Sequence record: SRR20825010_130
DNA: 64,000 nt
Direction: 5' to 3' (one strand)
In this document: positions 39,183-49,569 of the stretch, one piece after another
How positions within the stretch are numbered: position 1 is the stretch's first letter
Layout of the letters: the number at the start of each line of letters is the position of its first letter
Made by a program: the position numbers and the translations under genes
Notes under the pieces: generated by a model
Databases searched by the model: none
Seen by the model: the letters and a program-made list of their open reading frames with translations, nothing else
What the model was told of the DNA's origin: nothing

Positions 39183-39956
39183 TTACTTTTCTGAAGCATC
39201 GTTCAAGCTCCATTGATAATCCATAAAATCAACACCCGCATTCTCGTTGATTTTTACTTCAGCATACTCGTTCAGGAATTGAATAAGGTTTTGCTCCTTT
39301 TTAAAGTCGCCACCAAACCAACTGAAGATTTTAGACAGCTCGATTTTGTCCTTCGTGATTTTATTTCGATCAGGATCATTAATAAAGGCTCTTGCTTGTT
39401 CGGCCAGTTGAGTTTCTAGCTTTTCCGCGGTAAAAGCTTCGGCCCTTAAAGCCGGGCAAGAAAAGGAAGCACAATTGATTGCGAAATGGATTCTAGGTTC
39501 TTCAAATTCCTTGCGAAGAATATCGTGCTCAACTCTATCCAAACTAAAGTCTTGCCCCCCAATCTTAAACCATTTCTTTGTCCACACGGTGTTGATTATT
39601 GGAATGCTTAGGGTTGGGTTTAAGTCCTTTATACTTTCGAGCGGATAATTGTCAATGATGAGCTTAACAGTAAAGGCATTGTAGACATTGACCCAATAAG
39701 CCAGTTTTTCATCATTTTCCCAGCTAGCCGCAGGAGGGTTGTTGCTTAGCAGACTAAGATAACTCTCAAATTTAACTTTTTCAGAAATGACTCCTTGGTA
39801 ATCTATAAAACCTTCTTTGTTAACATATTCTTTTAGCAGTTCATCCCAAACTTTATGATCTGGAGCAGGGCCATTTCCCACTACAGAGGCCTTGTCATTG
39901 GTACACGAAACCAATACAAATAAGGATAGCATAAATATTTTCTTCAAGGCTTTCAT
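39183..39956 (-). CDS. DUF547 domain lipoprotein
   Basis: Lipobox LVSC, LAYWVNVYNA, EPRIHFAINCASFSCP. Confidence 0.85.
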   Translation of the reverse strand: MKALKKIFMLSLFVLVSCTNDKASVVGNGPAPDHKVWDELLKEYVNKEGFIDYQGVISEKVKFESYLSLLSNNPPAASWENDEKLAYWVNVYNAFTVKLIIDNYPLESIKDLNPTLSIPIINTVWTKKWFKIGGQDFSLDRVEHDILRKEFEEPRIHFAINCASFSCPALRAEAFTAEKLETQLAEQARAFINDPDRNKITKDKIELSKIFSWFGGDFKKEQNLIQFLNEYAEVKINENAGVDFMDYQWSLNDASEK

Positions 39957-40038
39957 CTTGGAGTGCTTAGGTGCTTAACCCAAACTTGGTCTTACATGTT
40001 CCGTTTGTTTCAAGCTTATAGTTTGGTGAAGGTATTCT

Positions 40039-40743
40039 TTATAGCAAGTCTTGGAACCAGTAGATTACTTTTTCTTGTGTTTGGCTAGATAGATTGTATT
40101 CTTTTGGCACAACCTCTCCTTTTTCGAATGCCACGGGATGATCGAAGATTGGGCCATCAAAAACAAAGCTGTGGAACTCTCCATTTTCCCCACAAGGGTC
40201 TACGTTTTTCGGTAGCTCTTTAAGCAAATCATGGTCTATGATTTGGCCTGCGAACGATTTATCTAGCTTGCTACCGTCTACTGAAACCAGCATGGTTTTA
40301 AAACCTAAGTTGATGAATTCTCTTATTAATTCAGCCGTGTTCCTTTTCCAAAGCGGAAAGTACCCCTTGAAACCCACTTCAGCCAATCTCTTTTCTCTAT
40401 ACTCCTTTAAGTCTTCCAGAAAAATATCACCGAAGATGGAATAAGTAATGCCTTCCGCTTTAAAGCCTCCCATTTTCTCTGACATTAAGCGATCGTACTC
40501 TGGCATCGTCACTTCACCAGGAATGGACAGGATTGATAAAGGCAGACCAATGGCTTCTACCTGACGTTTCAGCAGATCTTTGTGTACTCCATGCATGGAA
40601 ATTCTTTCCAATTCGGCATTCAAGCTTGTCATTAGGGTAATTACCTCAAACTCCTTTTGTTGAAGAGTGTAATACAAAGCCAAAGCGCTGTCTTTTCCTC
40701 CACTCCAATTGAAAATTGCCCTTTCTCTATTCTGATTACCCAT
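40039..40743 (-). CDS. Dph6/DUF71-like PP-loop ATP pyrophosphatase
   Basis: WSGGKDS, FGDIFL, DPCGENGEFHSFV. Confidence 0.9.
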   Translation of the reverse strand: MGNQNRERAIFNWSGGKDSALALYYTLQQKEFEVITLMTSLNAELERISMHGVHKDLLKRQVEAIGLPLSILSIPGEVTMPEYDRLMSEKMGGFKAEGITYSIFGDIFLEDLKEYREKRLAEVGFKGYFPLWKRNTAELIREFINLGFKTMLVSVDGSKLDKSFAGQIIDHDLLKELPKNVDPCGENGEFHSFVFDGPIFDHPVAFEKGEVVPKEYNLSSQTQEKVIYWFQDLL

Positions 40744-40744
40744 T

Positions 40745-41443
40745 TTACTTTTCGTTTGATTTTTTAATTTCTAAAAATGAATAGCCATTATTCGACTGAA
40801 TTTCAAAGCCATCAATCAGTAGTGGTTGTTTATGCATTGGCCCATCAATCACCAAAGTGTGATATTCACCATTTTCACCACAAATGTCAATTTCTAAATT
40901 CTGAAAAACTTGGATGAGTTCTTCATCAATCACTTTGCCTAAAATGTTGGGTGCGAACTCGCTTCTGCATGAAACCACGAGCGCCTTTATGCCCAATTCT
41001 ATCATTTCAAAAACCAAGGCTTCTCTGTCTTCCTGCCAAAGTGGTAAAAGCGCTTTTAGCCCAGCTGCTTCGGAAACCCTTTCTTCCCATTCTCTATGAG
41101 ACTGAATATCGATATCGCCAAAAAGGGTATGGCTAAAAGGGTATTCTGTTTTGATCGCTCTTAGCTTTTCTATATAGTTGGCTTCATAATCTTTCCATGT
41201 ACTTTCAATAAATTCAATGGGCAAACCAATACATTCGGCTTGCGCTGTAAGTACTTCGCGAGGAATCCCATGCGATCTGGATCTTTCACCTAGCTCATTC
41301 ATTACATTGAAAAGCACCCTTGGTTTTGCACCAACCTGGAGGGCTCTATAAAATGCCAAATAGCTGTCCTTTCCTCCGCTCCAAGAACAAAGGAAAGAAC
41401 AGCTAAGGTTTAATGGAGTATCCTTCAAATTTTTAGAAAGCAC
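40745..41443 (-). CDS. Dph6/DUF71-like PP-loop ATP pyrophosphatase (second paralogue)
   Basis: SWSGGKDS, FGDIDI, DICGENGEYHTLV; exact start uncertain. Confidence 0.88.
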   Translation of the reverse strand: MLSKNLKDTPLNLSCSFLCSWSGGKDSYLAFYRALQVGAKPRVLFNVMNELGERSRSHGIPREVLTAQAECIGLPIEFIESTWKDYEANYIEKLRAIKTEYPFSHTLFGDIDIQSHREWEERVSEAAGLKALLPLWQEDREALVFEMIELGIKALVVSCRSEFAPNILGKVIDEELIQVFQNLEIDICGENGEYHTLVIDGPMHKQPLLIDGFEIQSNNGYSFLEIKKSNEK

Positions 41444-43313
41444 CTGTTACACCAATTGTAAAATTGGCCGGGCGAGTTGTAAATCCATAAACACCCACGA
41501 AATCTTCATCAAGAAGGTTGTTTACTGTTCCTGAGAAAATAACTGCTCCATCCAATACTTTGTGAGAGAATGATAGGTCGAGCATGTTATAGGCTTTCAT
41601 TTTTACCAAATAAGGATCAGAGAAAATGGCAGCTTCACGTTCGCCAAAACGAGTATAATTTACGCCAACACTTGTGTTTGTTGTGATGGCATAACGTGTG
41701 TTGAAGCCCAATTTTAAATCAGGAATTCTGTAAAATTGAGCCGGGTTACCAAATTGGTAAGAAGCTACATTTCCGCTCAAAGAAAGCGGTTCAATAATTT
41801 GCCACTGAAAATCAATTTCAAAACCTTCTATTTCCCTTGTTCCAGTCACGTTATCGTAACCTCCACCCACATAGTTTCCTCCATTATCAAATCGAGACAC
41901 AAAATCAATCGCGTTTTCTTCTTTACGAGTGAAGTACTCGGCATTAACCGTAAAGTTGCTGCCAAGGTAAAGCGATAACCCAAATTCTGTCGACTGGGTT
42001 TCTTGTGGCTCCAATGCCGTATTTCCGTAGAATGGGGCAAATAACTGGTACAAACTGGGCGAGATAAAGGCCGTAGAATAAGACCCGAAAGCCTTTAGTT
42101 TATTTTCACCACCGAGGTTGACTAAGTAAGAAGGGTTAAGGCTGTAAACGAAGTTTGAACCATACTCACTATTGATATTGAGCCTAGCGCCTGCGTTTAA
42201 AGTTAGCGCATCAGTTGCCTCTACGGCAAAGTTCAAATAAGGATCAATGTTCGTAGCATCAGGTTCTTCATCGCCAGCAAGGAATTTATAACCTTGGTAA
42301 TGGATCCCAACAATGGTCTTCACTCGGCTACTAAAAATATATTCGTTGGTCAAATCGGCTTGCGTATTTTCACCTTCACTTTTTGAAGGATAAGCCGAAA
42401 CGAAATCTCTTTTGATTTGATTATGGTTGAACTTCAACTGCAAATTCCCCTTGTTGTATTTAAACTTTGGGTTCAGCCCAAAACTCGTTTGCTTCAAAGT
42501 GAATTCATTATCAGCATCGGCAAAAGCTCCATCATCGTAATCCGATCTCAATTTCTCGTATGAGAAGTTCGCTCCTAAATTAAAGGCATCCGAAAAGTCA
42601 TAAGCAAATTTTGTTCTTCCCGAGTAGCGGTAAAAACCATCGTCACCGAAATCGGTAGCAGGATCATTGTCTTGGGCAGCTGAGATCCCTTCGCTGATAG
42701 CGAAAGCTCCTGCAACTAAATAGCTGAATTTTCCAGCCTTGCCTTGCACATCGGCATTGGTATTGGAAGTGCTAAATGAACCTATTGACTGAGAAAGAGT
42801 CACTTTTGGTTCTTCAGAAGTTGGTGCTTTCATTTTAATATTGATTACTCCAGCCGCAGCCCCCGTTCCATACAAAGTACTCGCTGCACCTTTCAGTACT
42901 TCTATATATTCAACGGCTTGTGCATTCAGCAACCTTAAGTCATAATCCATTGCAATACCAGAGGGGTCGTTGATCGGCAATCCGTCAATCAAAATCACAG
43001 TTTGAGCATTTCTGCCACCTCGTATATTATAATCTAAATTAGTGCCTGGTGTACCAAAAGCTCCATCTACATTAATCCCCGGTAGTTGGTTTATAAGGTC
43101 GGCCACTGTTCTTCCGGGCGAGTTTCTAATTTCATCTGCAGTAATTTTATATATCACTTTACCAGATTTTTCAATGGGTGTTTCAAACTTGTTGCCCGTT
43201 ACTACAACTCGGCCCAGGTCTCTTACCCGCCCTTTCTCTTGTGCAAATAGATTAAATGAAGCCGTCAAAATTGCCAGTGAAGCAATGCTTAATTTTCTAA
43301 AAATGGTCGTCAT
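41433..43313 (-). CDS. btuB: TonB-dependent receptor, probable vitamin B12 transporter
   Basis: VVVTG TonB box, plug motifs ILIDG and IEVLKG..LYG, C-terminal F; in a cobalamin-riboswitch operon. Confidence 0.8.
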   Translation of the reverse strand: MTTIFRKLSIASLAILTASFNLFAQEKGRVRDLGRVVVTGNKFETPIEKSGKVIYKITADEIRNSPGRTVADLINQLPGINVDGAFGTPGTNLDYNIRGGRNAQTVILIDGLPINDPSGIAMDYDLRLLNAQAVEYIEVLKGAASTLYGTGAAAGVINIKMKAPTSEEPKVTLSQSIGSFSTSNTNADVQGKAGKFSYLVAGAFAISEGISAAQDNDPATDFGDDGFYRYSGRTKFAYDFSDAFNLGANFSYEKLRSDYDDGAFADADNEFTLKQTSFGLNPKFKYNKGNLQLKFNHNQIKRDFVSAYPSKSEGENTQADLTNEYIFSSRVKTIVGIHYQGYKFLAGDEEPDATNIDPYLNFAVEATDALTLNAGARLNINSEYGSNFVYSLNPSYLVNLGGENKLKAFGSYSTAFISPSLYQLFAPFYGNTALEPQETQSTEFGLSLYLGSNFTVNAEYFTRKEENAIDFVSRFDNGGNYVGGGYDNVTGTREIEGFEIDFQWQIIEPLSLSGNVASYQFGNPAQFYRIPDLKLGFNTRYAITTNTSVGVNYTRFGEREAAIFSDPYLVKMKAYNMLDLSFSHKVLDGAVIFSGTVNNLLDEDFVGVYGFTTRPANFTIGVTGAF

Positions 43314-44320
43314 TGATTGTTTAATTGAATTAATAATTCTTGAATAGTTTTATAGGTAGTATCGTTGTAATTCAGGTGCCAAAGCGGTGCTTTAAGGCTA
43401 CCCGAAATTTTAATTTCTATGACCGAAGTAGCTTGAGTGACTTCGTAACCTGCCCTTTCCAAAGCACTTCTGGTCCAGCGCTTCAAGATCACATCACCTA
43501 CTAGCTTGACCTTCGTTTTCATATAGTTCGAAGTCCTTTTAAATGTCCCTAGTTCATAGTCGAATTGAATTTGATCTCGCTCAAAGGCTTCTTCCAATGC
43601 TCCGTTCAACACCAAGTCTTCAGGTAATCCTGAATCGATGGATTGGTTTTTATTGATAAGCCAAAGGTGATCGGCATTGGCCAAAGCCATATCTAATTCA
43701 TGTGTGGTGAGTAAAATGGCTTTGTCTTCCTTAAGCGCCAGTTCCCTCAGCAAATGGAAAATTTCCATCCGATTAGGCAAATCCAAATGAGCTGTGGGTT
43801 CATCTAAAAAGATCACTTTGGTGTCTTGGGCTAGCGTTCTAGCAATCATCACTTTTTGTCTTTCTCCATCACTCAATGCCCCAATATGTTTGTTAGCAAA
43901 CTCAAGGATACCCGTGGCTTCCATAGCCATGAAAATTATGTCCTTGTCTTCTTGACTCAGTGTTCCTAGCCAACTGGTGTATGGAAAGCGGCCTAAGGAA
44001 ACCAAAGCATAAACGGTTAAATTTCCAGGAGCAATTCTATCGGTAAGTACTAAACTCAATTGCTTTGAAAGGGATTTGGCATCAATGGATGGGATCGATT
44101 TTCCTTGCATGAAAACTTCACCTTCCAACGGTTTTTGAATGCCTCCAATGGTCCGCATCAAAGTAGATTTACCAGCGCCATTGGTGCCAAGCAAACAAGT
44201 AAGTTTCCCTTTTTCTAAAGACAAATTGAGATTTGACAAAACAGGTTTTACTGCCTTCTTCTCTTTATATCCTACCGTAAGGTTTTCTGTGCTTAGTATC
44301 TTTCTTGTATTGTTCATCAT
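43310..44320 (-). CDS. Cobalamin/iron-chelate ABC transporter ATPase
   Basis: GTNGAGKST, LSDGERQK, LDEPTAHLD. Confidence 0.92.
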   Translation of the reverse strand: MMNNTRKILSTENLTVGYKEKKAVKPVLSNLNLSLEKGKLTCLLGTNGAGKSTLMRTIGGIQKPLEGEVFMQGKSIPSIDAKSLSKQLSLVLTDRIAPGNLTVYALVSLGRFPYTSWLGTLSQEDKDIIFMAMEATGILEFANKHIGALSDGERQKVMIARTLAQDTKVIFLDEPTAHLDLPNRMEIFHLLRELALKEDKAILLTTHELDMALANADHLWLINKNQSIDSGLPEDLVLNGALEEAFERDQIQFDYELGTFKRTSNYMKTKVKLVGDVILKRWTRSALERAGYEVTQATSVIEIKISGSLKAPLWHLNYNDTTYKTIQELLIQLNNQ

Positions 44321-44327
44321 TCTACCT

Positions 44328-45386
44328 TTAAAAAGAAGCTTTTAGGTTCTTGCGTTTAACAATGATCCAGATGACGATGGGCGAACCAATGAGGGCCGTA
44401 ATGGCATTGATCGGCAACACTGTTTGGCTACCTGGTACTTGCGAAATAATGTCGCAGACCAGCATGAGGATTCCGCCTACCAGTGCACAGGTTGGAACTA
44501 GGGTTCGGTGATCGGAAGTATTCAAAAAACTGCGCGAAAGGTGTGGTACAGCAATACCCACAAAGCCGATAGGCCCACAAAAGCCTGTAACGGCTCCCGC
44601 CAAAATGCTGGTCGTAGCAATAATGGCCACTCTCGCCCACTTTACATTCAAGCCCATACTTTGCGCGTAATCTTCGCCCAAAAGCAGCGCGTTTAATGTT
44701 TTAGAAAGGAAGAAAGTCAGTACAACACCCGTCAGTACAATAGTGGCTAAAGCACCAAGTTGCTCGTTGGTAACGCCTCCCAAACTACCGAAAGTCCATA
44801 AAATGTATTCTTGAATTTGTTCGGGGTTACTGAAGAACTGCCAAATACTCACCACAGCAATGGTAATATTAGCCACCATCAAACCGACAATTAGCATGAC
44901 TACATTGTCTCTGATTTTGAAAGAAATACCCAGAATGAGTACCAGCACCAATGCAGCACCTAAAGTGGAAGCGATAATGATTAGCCAGCTTCCGTCTATA
45001 CCCAATTCACGAATAGAGAAAGTTGTGGTGACGGTACCAGCCGCTAACATAACAGCTGCCACACCCAAACTAGCCCCAGCAGTAATCCCCAAGACCGATG
45101 GCCCTGCGAGTGGGTTTCTGAAAAGTGTTTGCATTTGAAGACCTCCTAATGAAAGTGCAGCTCCCGCTAAAATTGCCGTCACCGCCCTTGGCAGCCTAAT
45201 TTTCAGGATAATTCCTTGCCAGCCCCTGTTGTCAATTTGTTGCCCTAAGAGTGTTTTGATCACATCGCCCACAGGAATTCGTACCGAACCCAAACCAATG
45301 TCGAGCAAGAAGAGAACAATGAGCATTAGCCCCAACAGGGTCAACAACTTCGCTCTAAGGCGTTTTCCTTGAGTGATTGCATTCAT
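44328..45386 (-). CDS. FecCD/BtuC family ABC permease
   Basis: IRLPRA, QTLFRNPLAGP, GPIGFVGIAVPH. Confidence 0.93.
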   Translation of the reverse strand: MNAITQGKRLRAKLLTLLGLMLIVLFLLDIGLGSVRIPVGDVIKTLLGQQIDNRGWQGIILKIRLPRAVTAILAGAALSLGGLQMQTLFRNPLAGPSVLGITAGASLGVAAVMLAAGTVTTTFSIRELGIDGSWLIIIASTLGAALVLVLILGISFKIRDNVVMLIVGLMVANITIAVVSIWQFFSNPEQIQEYILWTFGSLGGVTNEQLGALATIVLTGVVLTFFLSKTLNALLLGEDYAQSMGLNVKWARVAIIATTSILAGAVTGFCGPIGFVGIAVPHLSRSFLNTSDHRTLVPTCALVGGILMLVCDIISQVPGSQTVLPINAITALIGSPIVIWIIVKRKNLKASF

Positions 45387-45405
45387 AATAAAGGGATTTA
45401 ATAGC

Positions 45406-46599
45406 TTACTTCAGCTGATTGTAGTACACCAATTGGTGATCGGGGAGAAGCTCGGGGTGGAAGATTTTCACCACGTCCTTCAAAACAATGTGCGGTTCTA
45501 TTACACCAGTTTCGTAATAGTCGTTGCCACCGCCTTCGGTGTTTCTACCAAAGACATTATAGATGGTTCTGTTTTTATAGGATTTGAAATCCATATAGCG
45601 TGGGTCTCTTTCTCTAATGTTCTGCAAAGTGCTTGCGCCACCTGGCGCCACCCAGAAATCGGCTTTCAAGCCTATTTCATACACGGCCTCAAAGCTCAGC
45701 TTGATACTGCCAGTAGAATTATCGTCTTTCCAAGGGTAATCGGCCTTGGCTATTTTCAACACGTTGTAGGCAAAGCTCTTTCCGCCAGAAACCTGCCACG
45801 CATCCCCTTGAGCGATGCCTGTAATGGTCAACGGTGCGTCAGTTACTTTTTCGGCAATCAAGTCTAAAACGCTCTGAAACTCGGTTTCAATGGCGCTGAA
45901 CTTTTCGTTTACCAGCTTTTCCTTATTCAATAAAACAGCCAATAGTTTTACCCATTCGGCACGCCCCAATAAGTCCACTTCTTGCCAGTCTGCATTGAGT
46001 ACAACTGGAATATCCAAACGCTCAAGTTGTTGGAAAGATTCGTTTTGTGAGTTAGGGTAACCTACACCCAAAACCACATCGGCTTCCATATCAATAATGG
46101 TTTCGACATTCAGCGTTCCGGCAGGTTCTACTTCAATTATTTTTCCAGCATCTACCATTTCTATCACGGTAAGGTTGCTTACATACTCCTTTCGTTCTAT
46201 TCCTTTCAATTGATCAAAGGCATCGAGTATTTTGAACATTCCTAGGTGCGTAGTTGATAATGAAACTGCTTTCTCGACAGGAATAGAAATAATTGGCAAG
46301 TCAGTACCTTCTGGCGTTGGCGTTCCTTTCTGGACCAGAAGAAAACTCACAGTGTCGGCTACATCATTGTAATGCCTAAAAAGGTGGAGAGTTTTGTAGT
46401 TGTTATGGTATTCAATATCAAAGCCAATGGAATGATTGATTGAAACCCTTTCTGGAAAATAATCCTTCTTAGGATCGAAATCTGGAAAATCAGATTGATT
46501 TTTGGAGTTGGATTGGCAGGCCGAAAAGCCAACCGTTAAGAAACACAGCAGGGTATATACCGCCCAGCGATGCGCATTGCGTTTTTCAGTTTTCTTCAT
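45406..46599 (-). CDS. ABC substrate-binding lipoprotein (BtuF-like)
   Basis: Lipobox FSAC, LGRAEWVK; first gene after the riboswitch. Confidence 0.88.
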   Translation of the reverse strand: MKKTEKRNAHRWAVYTLLCFLTVGFSACQSNSKNQSDFPDFDPKKDYFPERVSINHSIGFDIEYHNNYKTLHLFRHYNDVADTVSFLLVQKGTPTPEGTDLPIISIPVEKAVSLSTTHLGMFKILDAFDQLKGIERKEYVSNLTVIEMVDAGKIIEVEPAGTLNVETIIDMEADVVLGVGYPNSQNESFQQLERLDIPVVLNADWQEVDLLGRAEWVKLLAVLLNKEKLVNEKFSAIETEFQSVLDLIAEKVTDAPLTITGIAQGDAWQVSGGKSFAYNVLKIAKADYPWKDDNSTGSIKLSFEAVYEIGLKADFWVAPGGASTLQNIRERDPRYMDFKSYKNRTIYNVFGRNTEGGGNDYYETGVIEPHIVLKDVVKIFHPELLPDHQLVYYNQLK

Positions 46600-46639
46600 G
46601 CTATAGCCCTTCCTCAGAGGGTGGTTTAGTTGAACTTTG

Positions 46640-46815
46640 CAATGGCAGGTCTTCTGACTCTCCTAATGTATTGCGCCTTCCCATTCCGAATTTCGAAACA
46701 GTGGCAAAGTGCAGTACACTTTTTTATAGGATTACAGCAGCTGGGACTGTCCGGGATTTACACCCGATTCCCTTTTAATTCTGAAAACCGAAGCTTTCAG
46801 GAAACCCTTGCGGTA
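46640..46815 (-). promoter_or_regulatory. Cobalamin riboswitch
   Basis: Minus strand AAAAGGGAATCGGGTGTAAATCCCGGACAGTCCCAGCTGCTGTAA..GCCACTG..GGGAAGGC..AGTCAGAAGACCTGCC (B12 box); TACATTTG promoter just upstream. Confidence 0.95.
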
Positions 46816-46886
46816 GCACAAATGTAGAGAATTAAATTTTGATTGGAAGAGTATAAATAGAATTATTGATTTAGAGCCTGATACAA

Positions 46887-46923
46887 CAAAAAAGCCTTCT
46901 CGAATAAATCGAGAAGGCTTTCA
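46887..46923. terminator. Intrinsic terminator after the FKBP gene
   Basis: aaaaaagccttctcga-ataaa-tcgagaaggctttt. Confidence 0.85.
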
Positions 46924-46943
46924 AAATCTTGGTATTCCAATAA

Positions 46944-47603
46944 TTACTCAATCTCAAGCAATTCAATTTCGAAGATTAAAGCAGCATTTGGAGGAATTGC
47001 TCCACTAATACCTCTATCGCCATAAGCTAAGTTAGATGGGATATACAATTCTATTTTTCCACCTATCTTCATCAGTTGAAGACCTTCGATCCATCCTTGA
47101 ATGAATTGACCCACTGGATAGGTAAGTGGTTCGCCACCAACAGAGCTATCGAATACAGTACCATCCAAAAGCTTACCAGTATAGTGGATAGTCACTGTGT
47201 CTTCAGCCTTAGGAGATGCGCCAGTTCCTTCTTGAACAACCTTGTATTGCAGCCCGCTGGCGGTAGTTTGCACACCTGCTTTGGTAGCATTTTCAGCTAA
47301 AAAAAGCTCGCCTTCTTCTTTTGCTCCTTCCATTGCTCTTTGCTGATCTGCAATTAGAATTTCTTGAGACTGGTCTAAAGTCATTTGAGCAGTATCAGTC
47401 AAAGCCTCTCTTACAGCGGCAGCAACCATATCTGCATCTAAAGTTTTATTCTGCTGTTTTAACATATCTGCAATCTGAACACCATAAGCATAGCTGAGAC
47501 TATCTTGTTGCGTTTTCATTTGTGCAATGCTACCATTGTCATTGCTGCATCCAATCGCGGTGGCCAAAATAATTACCAACCCAATAGAAAGTATGTTTTT
47601 CAT
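46944..47603 (-). CDS. FKBP-type peptidyl-prolyl isomerase lipoprotein
   Basis: SGLQYKV, HYTGKLLDGTVFDSS, IPSNLAYG. Confidence 0.95.
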   Translation of the reverse strand: MKNILSIGLVIILATAIGCSNDNGSIAQMKTQQDSLSYAYGVQIADMLKQQNKTLDADMVAAAVREALTDTAQMTLDQSQEILIADQQRAMEGAKEEGELFLAENATKAGVQTTASGLQYKVVQEGTGASPKAEDTVTIHYTGKLLDGTVFDSSVGGEPLTYPVGQFIQGWIEGLQLMKIGGKIELYIPSNLAYGDRGISGAIPPNAALIFEIELLEIE

Positions 47604-47714
47604 AATCGTTTAGTTTTTAAAGTCGGGTGCAAAGGTAAAAATTAAATACACGTTTAATAACCTAGCCCTAAACTCATTCAAGAATTGATTCAAACTTAAT
47701 TCTCAGCTTGATAA

Positions 47715-49442
47715 TTATTTATTGTAGAACAACCAGCTACTTTCGAAGTCCTTTTTTAAGCGTTGGTTGGTTAGAATAGCCCGTACCATTTCCACAGGCA
47801 TGCTGTTTTCTTTTAAAACGGCATCGTGAAACTCTTTAATGGTCATTTTGCCGCTATCGACTAACTCTTTCTTAAGCTCATAAAATTGTAGACCTCCTGT
47901 CATGTACGCCAATTGGTAAAGTGGTCCATAATTGCCTTCAAAAGAACGCCTCACTTCTCCTTCAGCATTTGCTCGCTCATGGCCCACCCTATCCACCAAG
48001 AAGTCGATGCATTGTTGAGGAGTCCACTCACCTAAGTGATAGTTGAGTGAAAAGATGATTCGTGCTGAACGGTGCATTCTCCAGAAAAGCATGCCTATGC
48101 GATCTTCTGGCGACTGCGGAAAATCCATATCCCAGAGCAACAGCTCCCAGTATAATGCCCAACCTTCTGTCCAAAAAGGAGTACCATAAGAACGATATTC
48201 CTTATTTCGGTTGTTCATAAAACCCTGAAGGTGATGACCCGCAATTAATTCGTGATGCACGGTGGCACGAGAGAAATGAGGGTTATTGCCTCTCATGCTC
48301 ATCAGTTTATCTTCATGGTTCATTTCATCAGTTGGGTAAGAAATTTGAAGTGTTTCACCCCCCAAAAAGAAAGGGCTGATCAACTGTCTTGCTGGAGAAA
48401 TCATGCTCATTCTCCAAGTTTCTTCTGCGATTGGGGGAATGGTAAGCAGGTTGTTCTTTTTCAAGAAATCCACTGACTCGTTATACAATTTTAACATGGC
48501 TTCTGGTTGGTGGCCTTCAGGCACGAAAGACATTTTCACCTTTTCTTGCGCGGCTCGCCAGTCATCGCCAAAGCCCATTTCTCTTGATGCTTTTAATAAT
48601 TCTGCATCTGCCCAAGCAAATTCTTTGTTGGCAATTTCTACCAATTGTTCTGGCGAATAAGGAATCATTTCATACTTCATCTGTCTGATGAGTTCTTCTC
48701 TACCAATTGGGTTTCCTATAATTCCGCTACCATCATCTTTCGGCAATGTAGATTTGTCGACTTGCGCACTCAGCACTTTTGAGTAATCATCCAAAGCCTT
48801 ATCTAAGACTTCATACGGTTTCGTAACCCACCAAGTAAACAGTGGATCGTAACCTTTGTAAAAATCATAAACACTATTCAATGCACGCTTTTGTCCACGA
48901 ATTGTTCTCTCTGCTCTCCGAGTTAGCTCTCTAGAAAAAGTCGGGTTCTCCTTTTTCAATTCAGAAGTGACCACTTTCAGTCTTTTGACGATGTCATTCA
49001 AGTCAGCCGCCACTTTTTCACTGTCTAGATGTAGTCCCCTTCTTCGTTTCTTTTCTAGTTCATAAAGAGATTTGGCTGGACTGATCCACCTCTTCAACTG
49101 GTTTACTTCCCTTTCTTCCACCAACAGATCGAATAGATTTTCGTCTATATATCGCTTCTGAAGCAGGTAATCCACCTGACCGCCCGTTGTTAGCTTATTA
49201 AAATTGAATTTCTCAAGCTTTGAGAGCTGATCCTTGAAAAAACTTTCAAAACGCAGCCTTCTTTCAGGTGAGTTTTCAATAGAATAAAAGCGGGAAAGGC
49301 TTCCATAATCGGCCCTTAGATTTACTGAAAAATCGTATAATTCAGTTACTCCTGATTGATTACCAGATTGCTGAGCGATAGTCAAGTGCCCAATTGTTAA
49401 AAATAGGCAAGCAATAAAAAATAACTTTGATAGCTTTTTCAT
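47715..49442 (-). CDS. DUF885 family protein (metallopeptidase-like)
   Basis: Signal peptide from ATG 49442; HELIAGHHLQ, EGWALY. Confidence 0.85.
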   Translation of the reverse strand: MKKLSKLFFIACLFLTIGHLTIAQQSGNQSGVTELYDFSVNLRADYGSLSRFYSIENSPERRLRFESFFKDQLSKLEKFNFNKLTTGGQVDYLLQKRYIDENLFDLLVEEREVNQLKRWISPAKSLYELEKKRRRGLHLDSEKVAADLNDIVKRLKVVTSELKKENPTFSRELTRRAERTIRGQKRALNSVYDFYKGYDPLFTWWVTKPYEVLDKALDDYSKVLSAQVDKSTLPKDDGSGIIGNPIGREELIRQMKYEMIPYSPEQLVEIANKEFAWADAELLKASREMGFGDDWRAAQEKVKMSFVPEGHQPEAMLKLYNESVDFLKKNNLLTIPPIAEETWRMSMISPARQLISPFFLGGETLQISYPTDEMNHEDKLMSMRGNNPHFSRATVHHELIAGHHLQGFMNNRNKEYRSYGTPFWTEGWALYWELLLWDMDFPQSPEDRIGMLFWRMHRSARIIFSLNYHLGEWTPQQCIDFLVDRVGHERANAEGEVRRSFEGNYGPLYQLAYMTGGLQFYELKKELVDSGKMTIKEFHDAVLKENSMPVEMVRAILTNQRLKKDFESSWLFYNK

Positions 49443-49569
49443 TTGTAGAATGAGTTTAATCAAAAGGCAAAAATAGAAGAGAAAACCGAAGTTCACTCCT
49501 GATGTTTCAGCGCAGTACAATTCTCATGATGAGTGGTTTGGAACATATTCTTGTACATTTTTTGGTAAG

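Noticed and set aside
46630-46827. 65-aa ORF on the + strand
   Set aside because: Antisense to the cobalamin riboswitch; no protein features
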